Source: Sphaeroforma arctica JP610
Taxonomy: Eukaryota
Assembly: GCF_001186125.1 (NCBI RefSeq)
Contig: NW_014040148.1
Coordinates: 1-64,000 of the forward strand
Length of the DNA: 64,000 bases
Reading direction: 5' to 3'
Shown: in pieces, positions 53,450 through 64,000 of the stretch
Numbering within the stretch: position 1 is the stretch's first letter
How the letters are laid out: each line of letters starts with the position of its first letter
Made by a program: the position numbers and the translations under genes
The notes under the pieces: model-generated
Database searches by the model: none
Told to the model about the DNA's origin: nothing
What the model saw: only the letters and a program-made list of their open reading frames with translations

Positions 53450-54297
53450 ATTTTGATGTGTTTTCTGCGAATTATACACAACCCAGTATTCTTGATTTGA
53501 TAATAAGGAACTAGATTCGCAGTAGTGCCCCAGACCAAAGACCAACTTTAGAGATATACTTCCATGCTATTGCCTTCAAAAGCACTTCAAGAACGAGTTG
53601 AGATATCAATCGTGGTTGCTTAATGTCCTACTTGTTGTCTGTGTTGTACCTCAGAAGAATAATTTGGTGTGTTTCCTGCGAACCATACACAACCCAGTAA
53701 TCTCATACCGCAGCCGCCTTAAGCTCAGACATTCCATACGGACTTGGATTCGCAGTAGTACCTCAGACCAGCTTTATAAATATACTTCCATGCTGTTGCC
53801 CTCAAAAGCACTGCAAGAACGAGTTGATATGTCGATCGTTGTTGTACAATGTCCTACTTGTTGTATGTGTTGTACCTCGGGGAAGTAGTTTGGTGTGTTT
53901 CCTGCGAACCATACACAACCCAGTATTCTTATGCCGCAGCCGCTTTAGGATAAGACATTCCATCACAAGGATGTGGATCCGCAGTTGTGCCCCAGACCCA
54001 CTTTAGATATACACTTCCATGATGTTGCCCTCAAAAGCACTTCAAGAACTAGTTGAGATGTCAATCGCTGTAGTATAACTACCTACTTGTTGTGTGTGTT
54101 GTACCTCGGGAGAATACTTTGATGCGTTTCCTGCAAATCATACACAACCCATTCTTTTGCCGCAATCGCCTTAAGATCAGACATTCCATCATAAGAACTT
54201 GGATCCGCAGTATTGCCCCAGACCAACTTTAGAGATATACTTTCATGCTGTTGCTCTCAAAAGTACTTCAAGAACGAGTCGAGATGCCCATCGCTGT
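53450..54297 (+). repeat. ~227-bp tandem satellite, ~3.7 copies
   Basis: Anchor atacttccatg (or variant) at 53556, 53782, 54011 and 54237; shared atacacaaccca and tcaaaagcacttcaagaac. Confidence 0.92.
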
Positions 54298-55935
54298 TAC
54301 CTCGGCCGAATTAATGCTTCTCTGCGCAGGAGGGGAGTCAACCTAGCGTAACACTCAAGCTCGATTCTATATTTTGTAAAGGAAATGAAAACCACACCAC
54401 TTGGTACTATTTACGGCAAAACGTGGTTGTGGCGTTGACATGTCTAGCGACGTTATTTGAATAAGATAACTTGATATTTCGTATTGAATGCTATCGGTCA
54501 TATCATTTACTACTCGATATTGGTGGTATGTTCTAGGTTCGGAGCATGCGGTTGCTCTCAAACACTATCGCACATGAGAAGTTAGAGATTCAAATCGGTT
54601 CATTGCATGCGCCAAAGTAAAAGCCTATTGGTTGCTGATCGTCTTTTGATTTCGAGAGCTCAACAGAATGGTAGCAGCGACCGATAAGGAAACCCCCAGA
54701 TGGATGAATAATGATATCTAAAACGGTCTACCCGCTTGCGTGCATGCTACCTTCCGCCCCAAAGCGAGTCACTTACAGCTGGTCACTAAGGGGGATTCAT
54801 GCAGTGGTGTGTAAAGTTTGATTACATCTGATGCACAAATCTTGCACATCATTTACTGGAAAAACTACTGAGAAGATCCACCACATACAATGGAAAGTAA
54901 TGCACTAAGCAGATTGTTGACACGGCAATGAACATCGAAAGTGAGTAATACTCAAAGCTAATGTATTTCTGAGGAATCGACGGCGGAGAGAAAATTCTTA
55001 TACGTTCTTGACCCCAAGTACTCGCTACAAACAGAAAAATATCTAGACCAGCCTGATAGACTTTCACACATGACATGAGATGAGTTGATTGCTATTTATT
55101 TTGAAACATTCCCGTCCCATTCAACAACAGTGACTTGCGCTGTGAAGGTAAAGTGTATGATTCTAAGTAAACCATTGTCGAGCTCAGTTGTGGATGTGCG
55201 CGGATGGGGTACAGTGTTCAGCAAGCACAGAACCCAATGAAAATCCAGCTCAACATTCGTTGTTATACCAGAGATTCTATCGTTTAGCTTATACGAGATG
55301 CCCGGCGGATTGCCGCGCCATCCGAGTACATGCAGATGGCAAGTAAATCTTTAGCGCTCCAGCCACCAGAATATGAGTGGCACTTTGGAATGATCTCTTG
55401 GAAATGTATAGCTCTACAAAGCTCTATTCTCCTGGCATGCGCATGTTTCATTGAGAAATAACTGAAAATGCGATTGATATTGCATCTTCCAAGATATTTG
55501 TTAAAGTCCTTGTACACGCACGGCGTTTAGTGAGCAGGAGGTGCAAAATCAAATCTATATACCACGGTCAATCTACATCATGTGTAGGTATCGCATCATT
55601 GTTTCCAGTACACAGCCGTGCCATCTCGCAACCGTCACGACAGGCATGCTCATATGGTCGTTTGAACCTCTGGTGGTGCATTTGTGATCCAGCAATATAG
55701 GTCGATAGAAAGAAAGCCACCCGAAGGGTCGATTGAGACACACAGCGCCTGTGGTCTGTCGCAGCCCTCATAATCATTGCGTTCATGTGCATCCTACTAC
55801 TGATTGAGAAGTAGATGTCACAGCATAGGTAGACGAATCTCTCTATTGGCACACTCGACAGGCAGCACGTGTCAATGATGCGTGCGGATGTATTAGAGCG
55901 GTATTTAATCGCTGTTTTTTGAGTTAGTTCAAGGA

Positions 55936-58900
55936 TCACCTATATCTAGATACAGAGAAACCCGCAGATGGGCATTTTGACGAGTAGTGCCCCATCTGCC
56001 TACATTTGTAGCATTGTATGTTGGAACCCGTCGATGGGTAATTGCGCGATTGCTTCGGACTGATAGTGTTCCAATGTTTCACCTGCACGTTCGCGATTAT
56101 GCAAAATTCGTCATCGAAATGCATACTATTTCTTGTAACATACAGCACAGAGGATACTGCATCGCATTTGGGTCAGGCAGTCTGCTGATGGGCACTTAGC
56201 GGAGTTCCTCTATATATATTCACATGCCATTGGTTACTATCCAATATACGGGGAGTGTTTGATTTGACCCTCAAATGATCTTTTCTAGCTATACTGGCAC
56301 ACAAACTTGGTAATCGCAAAATGAAGTATAATTGATGCTAGTCATTCGCGTGTCGACATACGACAAAGCTTCTTAAAAAATAACCCCCCCCCCCAAAAGA
56401 AAACCCCGTGCCGCGAGAAATAGATGCTGCAACACAGTGTACTCGTCAGTGCACAACCGCATAGGGCCATGTAAAAATTTCACACCACTAGCAAAGCAAT
56501 AAACCATGGGACAGCTACTTCCACACACACACACCTCGTTCTCCAAGTTGGTCCTCGCCCATGGTGTGAGTCGCTTGACCAAGTTAACGATGGTTAATTT
56601 AATATCTCTCGGTATCGTGTCATATAATTTGACTTTGTCCACCAATTCACGAGGACCCATTGTCAACCATTTCTTCTCGCCCGTAAGCACACACAGTTTC
56701 TAATCAGAATGGGGTCCAAGAAACAGAACATTTTAGTTGGTTTTGGTATATGATAAAACAACAATTAGAAGACAAATATAAACCCCAGATGCTCTTTGCA
56801 AGTTAAACTGGCCTTGTCTAAGGATAGTATGGTTTGTAATGTTGTGCGGCCGTTCATCTATACAAAACAGTGTTGTGTATAACTTTCCAAATATCAGGGG
56901 TGAATGCCACGCTTACTCACGAGCTCCGATCAACGATAAGAAACAAAGACTTGTTGAATCCGTTTTATACAATGGACAATATTGTGAGTCTGCATACATA
57001 CAATTAACCAAATCGATGAATCTGCAGAGATAAATACAAGTACTGCGACATAGTGTTGTACATACGGTGCACAAAAGTACGAACTCACCCTAGATAACAT
57101 GTCTAGCTGAGCCATGATCTGATTGTATATCACCGGTTGCCTGGGCATCTTGATGTCCTTCATGGTCAACATATCAATCATATAGAGTGCCTCTGGACCC
57201 GTTACCCGAGATAGAGCCACTGCAAACGGACGGAACGGTAAGGTAAATAAATTATAACGAGTTGGACAGCCAGAACAGGACATCGGGTTTTGGAATACGA
57301 AAAAGGTCCGCTATGCACGCTGCCATGCATCTCCTTCAGTTTTAAATAGTGATAGGTACGCACGGGTGAAGTGTAAACAAGTGAATTGGTCTCAGGCAAA
57401 TACGGATACGAATGCACGTATTAACACACCATAGTAAATAAAATAGACTATTGATTAATTGATCAATTCAGCAGAAACAATACCGAGGGCGCTGATAATC
57501 TATTGTAGACCAATTCGCCCGCAGATATGACAGGTTCACAAATCCCTCTTTTGTACGTACGGGTAGATAATAAATAAAAATTTCGAGCACACACACACAC
57601 ATAAAAAAAGTCCACTTTTATATTGAGGTCATTAGATAGCACTACTCGCTCATCCAGAGGCACAAGCGGTATCGTAGACCCCAGAACACAGAAGTCCCGC
57701 ATAAACTACAAAACAAACCCCCCCAGCAAATATGAGAAAAACGTATGATTGTGCGTGACTCACCGTAAGATTGACCTTCTGCAAAGGCCCCAGCTGTAGA
57801 TACATTGCCGGCCGTGAGAGTCATCCCCTGAGACTTGTGAATACTCACAGCCCATCCCAGTTTCAAAGGTATTTGCAGACGATAAGTCATACCTAGTAGG
57901 ATGCGAGGTGTGTAGGTGCGTGTAAATGCGCAATCGTGAAGGCATCTAGATAGCACGAATGTGTAGGCTTGATGTCCAGGAGCAGATGAGTAGGCGATTC
58001 CCCATGCAGAAGGGTGGGATAGGATACACTGTTGGTGTATTGAATACACGGGGCTGGCCAGCAACCTATGTCAAGAATTCTCTCTAATAGACAGATAATT
58101 AAGAAACCAGAGCGCACACAAGAAAATCAATATGTACATTGCAGAAAGACAGGCGCCTACACAGTTGAAATCAGTATTATAACCTACTCGATACGTCTGT
58201 CATCATCTCCTTGCCAAAAAAAAGCGTAGACTAATACATCACATACACACCTTGACCCATGACCTCATTCCTGAAGAGACATGGTAGTATGATCATCTGT
58301 CGCCCATTATTGAACTCGACAACGGGTAATTTCCATTTGTACTTCGCGGCCACTATTTGCAGCAACTCGTGTTCCACCTCGCACTGTTTAATCGTTGCAA
58401 AAAGGAATGCAGATAGCAGTCTGGGAATCAACAAATCAAGATCGTTACACGAGATTCCTACTGCACTGAGGTTCATACTCGGGGCTGCTGCTGCTGATTC
58501 ACACGAATATTTGTAAACACATTCTAGTCTTTGAACCACAATCAACCGCGAGGCTTCGAAACTCTCGCTACACCGTACAACGTAACAAAAGAGAAAAACG
58601 CAAACGCAAACCCGTTTCAAAGTCTACAGGTAAACAACAAATCAGTTTAAAAAGCCAACAGTAGGGCAAAGGCTGACAGCACAGCATCTCATACTTTTGG
58701 CGGCCGTAATACTACCCTGTACGTACCGCTCGTTCATCTGAGATTTCACAGGCGCGAGAGCCCCTTGAATATTCTCCGTGCCCAAGGGCTGAATGGAGAG
58801 CCTCCACCTACGCCGAAAAGATGAAATATATTATTGAAAATGTGCAAAGTTGCCTGTTCGACTGTCTTCTCAGAAAGGAAGCATAGAATCCTCAATAATG

Positions 58901-61900
58901 ATTTTACTCGAAGCAACACTAACTGCTCTAGTTATAACGCATTGATCTAGCATCTGGTAAAACCCCATGTGCGTATACTTGAGAGAGTACACTTGTATAA
59001 AACGGTATAGACAATAAATCACAGCTATTATCTGAATCGATAGAACAATCATGCTATCCATACGGAGGTATACATATCCGAAATGGCAATCAAGATAGTA
59101 TGAGAATCGTCAGTTGAAACACCACATTTGAAAGAAGCGACAGGACCAGCTTGAGAGCGATATGTATGTACATCTTGCCGATCTAGAAGGTAAGGTTTTA
59201 TCCAAAACAGTTTGCATCTAGCATTCAAACACGGCACGGACCATGCATACAATGCTCGTTTTTGAAAGGAAAGGCCAAGCGACCACACAGTATCACAATA
59301 CTAAATATTACGTATCAAGCCCAAAATTTCTAACATTTCAGTAGGGAAGTGAGCTCGTGTTGCATAATACCTTATGACACCTACGCTCATACCGAATTAC
59401 ACACTTAAGGCGAAATTGAAATGAGAATGTGTATTAGCATACCCGTGTAGATAAATAGTTCATTCGGTGTTGTACGGTCTGTTCGGCCTCTACCTTTGAT
59501 GTCCAGTTGGTCACCACGCCGCTCGATCCATTGATCAGAGGTTTGAGTTTATCTTCGCAATTAAAAGGGTACGCCGAGGTGTAAATTCAGGTGCTAGGCT
59601 ACAAAATTGAATGCAGATGCATATACTTGCTCTGACATAAAGGGCAAGACACGGCTATCAGAAACAGAAGCAAGCCAATGTCTTTCGAATATATGTCTAG
59701 CTTCTATACGCATTCCATCACACGACAAATATTGATAAAAGAATGGTCGAGGTTCAATGTGCACTCCGGGCGTAGATCCATAGTAGGAACTAGGCTTTAA
59801 AGCTCCCACCCAATACACGCCATATGCATTTTTCTTCGTCATAGTATTGTACACAGTCATAATCATTCGTGCTGCTTGTACGCTACTACTTGTTTACGCA
59901 ACATATCTCGACGTACACTCGCAGTCTGAACTTGAGATTAGCATTTTGCAGTTAATTCTAACGTGGGACATCCAATTGCCACGCCAGAAATTGTGCATTA
60001 GCATACTAAAACAAATCTACGTTCTGCAAGATCAAAATCACGCTAAAGTGCCGACGGAAACACTTACCTGTGCCTTTCAGGTCGAGATTCCTGATCAGCA
60101 GCACACGCGCATTGGTCTTCAATTGGAGCGCGCGTTCGGCGAGGCTACCTCCTTTAAACAGTTCGGATTCCCTAAAGTGTACAATGTCAAGACAAATACA
60201 GCGTCTGAATGTCAGATGTGGAAGCAGGAAGTTAGGATCGCACTCAATAGGCCATCGATCCTGATAAGAGATGTATACTGTATGCCCAAAGTGTCGAGAA
60301 AAGTAGCATTGGCACTGCATATACTTGAGCGAGTAGTGTAACATAGCAATTTTATATATACACTTGAAACAAACTGGCTATACAAGCAATAATAAGCTTG
60401 AAAATAAGCAAATGCTAATGACTACCTCCAGCCATCGTAGCGGGTGCCGAACTTCGATGGTATATACTGAAAGCTCGCATACACCCAATAAACCTCACCG
60501 ACCAATTCCGCAGACTCAACACAGGGCATGTGTAATAATACATAGGCGATTAAACTCAGGAGTAACCCTACATTATAAAATTTCGCAAGTGTTCAAACAC
60601 AGGTCAAGCTATGTACTTGTGGACTACTGCATACTATTTTTAATATATAAGGTCGATAGCAGCTGATTCGATTCACGTGCCCTTCAACACATACCAAAGG
60701 GCTGTCTCGTCATGACAGTTATTTAGTCCGTTGACGTGATCGTGTGCATGGAACGTCATAGCCTGGCTACAGAGAGAGGCCAGCTTGGTGCTATTTAACT
60801 GCTGCACCTTCTTGTTGAAGGGAAATAATGTGGTGGGGAGCCGATGATCGGGAAGTGGTGTCCTAAATTGATTGAAATAGCTATAGCGTAGGCGCAGCAG
60901 AATTCAAAATGTCAGAGACTTGGGGCAGACGGTTCAATTGGCATATATAAGGCAACGTCTAAGTTAAATCTATGCTATAAAAAAGCCACAGAAGATCACC
61001 GCGAGCCCAAAATGCTACAACTGTCGTCCAATAATCAATGGCTGGACACACGAGCTTGTGTCAATGGTTGGCTACGGTCGGAAACGAGGCTGTGTGGGCA
61101 AGAAATGTTGGGTCAACTGATGGAACGAACGCAGATGTAGTTGGCGTGGCGAATTCTGCCAATGTTTCCATACCTGGCACGAATCGCCCAATATTGCAGC
61201 AAGTATTATTAGGCCAACTTAAGGCGACCTTCCGTATAGAGTACTTCGCAAGAAACATGTATCGCAAAAAGAAAGAAACTGACAAACTGGTGAAGGCACA
61301 ATATTGATTTTTACTCTAATATTAAACCAGCTATACAATTGCTTGGGGGATTGTCACACACACACTCACATACTCCAGAGTGCGCTGATCAGCCCTACCA
61401 TTTCGGATTTGATTGAGATGATGTACAAACAGTTGCTGGCCCAACTGACGATAACACTTGGATAGAGTTATAGTGACTAGGTCGAGGCGACCCCACGTAG
61501 AAGCCGAGAAGGCGAAACCCCGATTTAAAAAGTAGGACCGTTCCGTCCTGAGTAAAGGGGTTCAGAGGTGGCGCGAATGCCGTGTGTGAGCATATGTGTG
61601 ATGCATAGCAAGCAGACTCGGGACGAATCGTCGAACATTGTGATGTACTCTAGGGGTATTGTCAACTCCCAGCTGATCTGGGAGAGAAATTACGCCGTGC
61701 TTAAGTAAGTCCAAACCTCCAACAACGAAATTCCGTCCGAAAATTTCTGCCTTGTGAGTAACCAGACAGACAGAAGGGAACAGTGTCACAGTTTCCAACA
61801 TATGCGATCCCACTCCCAAACGTGCCGCGGAACGAGAATTGAACAAGCAGGTCATACACAGATGTAAGAACTAGATGAAGAGCACGTTGAATACATCTAT

Positions 61901-63348
61901 ATCAATCTTACCATTCTTGTTTCTCATTTTTATACTTCTCGATAGCTAGTCCCCTTTTCAATTGTTGCGGATCCAATTTCTTCATAGTCTCGAAAGGTAT
62001 GGAGCCTTCGATGGGCGGCAATTGCAGAAAGTCTCCGCAGAAAAATATCTATACATCGAGAGAAATATTGGTCAATGAGCATCAATAAAGTCCTAATCGT
62101 TGCAGACAACAATGCAATTCTAAGATTAAATACTTTCGCACGGATAACGCTGTTGTTAGTCACGTGAAAGACCATGCGCTAGCAACAAATAGGCTGGAAA
62201 ATAGGGATGGTCGCCATCATCACATAAGTGCGTGATAGTTTGATTCATACACCAGTCATCGAAGCTGGCAATCACCATGGCCTAAAATTGCCGCAACGCT
62301 GAAAGGTAATCTAGCAAATATTGAAATGTCACAGGTTCGTCTATGTATCAATTATCGATACGGGTTAAACATATGTATACATATACCTGAAACATTTGAA
62401 AGCACACGAAAATCTGACTGAATGAAATTTTGTAGTTTATATAAATAAATATCAGGGAAATTTTTTCAATACATGTTTACACCTACAAATATCTCTGATA
62501 AGCAAACAAACTCGCGTACCTGTATACCACCAAATGGAGGTAACTCGTGAAGTTTTTTGCCCATGTTCTTGGGGAGGTTCATACACATGAGGCGTATTTG
62601 TGAATCCAAACAGTCCAAGAATTCACCTGAAACCATACTGATCTCATCAACCATGAATAGCTCCACATCCTGTGTCCACAACTTGTACATTGCGGGTTTC
62701 ATCATTCGTTGGAAGTCTGCCACCTCTGAAGGGATACCCACACCCTGTTGTACAAACCATACACATAGGTTGGGAAAGTGAATCGACGTATGTGACAGAT
62801 GCGCGTTCACTAGTAGGGTGCAATATTCATTCCTTAGATGCGTGTCGAATTTTAAACGACTCACTCGCATTCAAAAGCCGAGAAAATTTGTCATGTTGGA
62901 AGGATTCACCATATCGGATGAAAATATATCTTCCTATCATGTTCTCATCCGATTATATCCAAATCAGGGTTCAAGTCCGGTGACAGTGCATCGCGAAAGC
63001 AATTTGAACACACAAGCACACATACTATCGAGATTTAAAGGTTCACACCTGAGTCCGACATTATGTACAAGAACCCAAATATGCGATATTTTACCGCAGA
63101 CCCCATGTGTACACACATACGCAGCGAGCAAATGCCACCTTAATTACTAAGACAAACACGTGGAACAGACAACTCGCAAACCAACAAATCCAACCAGAAT
63201 AGATACGTAAAAAATATCAAGACGCACATAAAAGCCGCCTCAACTTACTGTTGCAGAATTTATGGTCGTTCCGTCAATATGCGTCGCAGCCACTCCAGTC
63301 GGTGCCGCGACAACGACTCTGTCGGGATAATCTTCACGTTCATATAAT
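55936..63348 (-). CDS. PIF1: PIF1-family 5'-3' DNA helicase with C-terminal CCHC zinc knuckle; at least 13 exons, 5'-partial
   Basis: In-phase exons 63348-63249 (VAAPTGVAATHIDGTTINS), 62744-62520 (MVDEISMVS..PFGGIQ), 62048-61912 (CGDFLQLPPI), 61547-61374 (CYRQ..LNQIRNG), 60862-60695, 60171-60068 (ARVLLIRNL), 59552-59443 (LINGSSGVV), 58807-58727, 58383-58251, 57892-57764 (QIPLKLGWAVSIHKSQGMTL..GQSY), 57219-57089 (VALSRV), 56699-56535, 56082-55936 (CYKCRQMGHYSSKC, stop). The Walker A exon was not found in the window. Confidence 0.92.
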
Positions 63349-64000
63349 CTGAGTAGAAACACGAGGAAGGGCATGAGGAGAGCGATTCGTCGTCGAGGTT
63401 TCGTATAAAAGGACGCTAGCGGAGACTTTACGTAAGCTACTGCTTAAAAAACAAGGGTATGGTCGTACCCTCGTATTTTAGTTAAATCTTTGTCATATTT
63501 CCGGTTATTGAGACAGAAATAGTATAATATGAACTCACAGAGCTGTCTGCCTGCATGAAGGAATATCGCCTCTTATAATGCTATAAGGTGTCCCAGATGT
63601 CAATGGATTCTTAAATTTGCAGACTTGAGCTAATGATAATCATTCTTACCTCGTCGATCCTGTATTCATCATCACTTAAATGTAATTTTAGACTCGTGCC
63701 ACATCCGCAAAACACAACGCAAACCTTTCTGTCACTTGCAAAAATCAGTCGCATTCGGATGCATAAACGCATCTGTAGCCCTGCCTCCATATGAGGATAC
63801 AGCCAAAAGCACGCATTTCCACTCCGCAACAGTCTATCATCTTTCTCATATACCTTTTGAGGAAATCGCGGACAGTGGCAGTAGTGTGTGACTTGCCAAC
63901 ACCAGCCGAACCCGTCAGAAAGACATTCTTCTCATCAACAATTGTCAGTCGAACACATCGCAGCTGATCTTCGTCCAGTGTCAGGCTTGGATCATTCCGT

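Noticed and set aside
62913..62980. tRNA or SINE suggested by ggttcaagtcc (B-box-like) and a 9-bp inverted repeat
   Set aside because: No cloverleaf or A-box; it lies within a PIF1 intron.
55936..63348. PIF1 as a Helitron RepHel
   Set aside because: Intron-rich with cellular PIF1 motifs, and no HUH Rep domain or Helitron termini seen; the 5' part is not visible.
63649..63720. Next upstream PIF1 exon (donor at 63648)
   Set aside because: No GxxGxGKS Walker A in the required phase; left unresolved.

Overview
Intron-rich eukaryotic draft scaffold with GT-AG introns, (TA)n/(CA)n tracts and five N-gaps. SH2 and tandem-PDZ genes plus animal-like housekeeping proteins suggest an opisthokont, possibly a unicellular holozoan (inference only). 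Genes assembled by hand from phase-consistent splice sites: SMARCD/BAF60 (11 exons, +); a 3-exon gene that the ORF track shows only as a RING ORF but which splices into a C-terminal SH2 domain (+); an intronless syntenin-like tandem-PDZ gene (+); a small secreted, probably GPI-anchored orphan (-); TATDN1 (8 exons, +); intronless GDP-L-fucose synthase (-); and a PIF1 helicase ending in a CCHC zinc knuckle (-, 5' end not resolved in the window). The 33-55 kb interval is accessory DNA. It holds a 5'-truncated LINE with a 15-bp TSD, a chromovirus integrase/chromodomain fragment with PPT and an LTR carrying a duplicated multi-hairpin module, a decayed Exo1/XPG-nuclease + SWIM fusion gene, and six unrelated local duplications. 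The best novelty candidates are the RING-H2-SH2 protein, the Exo1-SWIM fusion and the structured LTR module. No rRNA, tRNA or CRISPR is supported. Domain calls rest on visual motif recognition; no searches were run.
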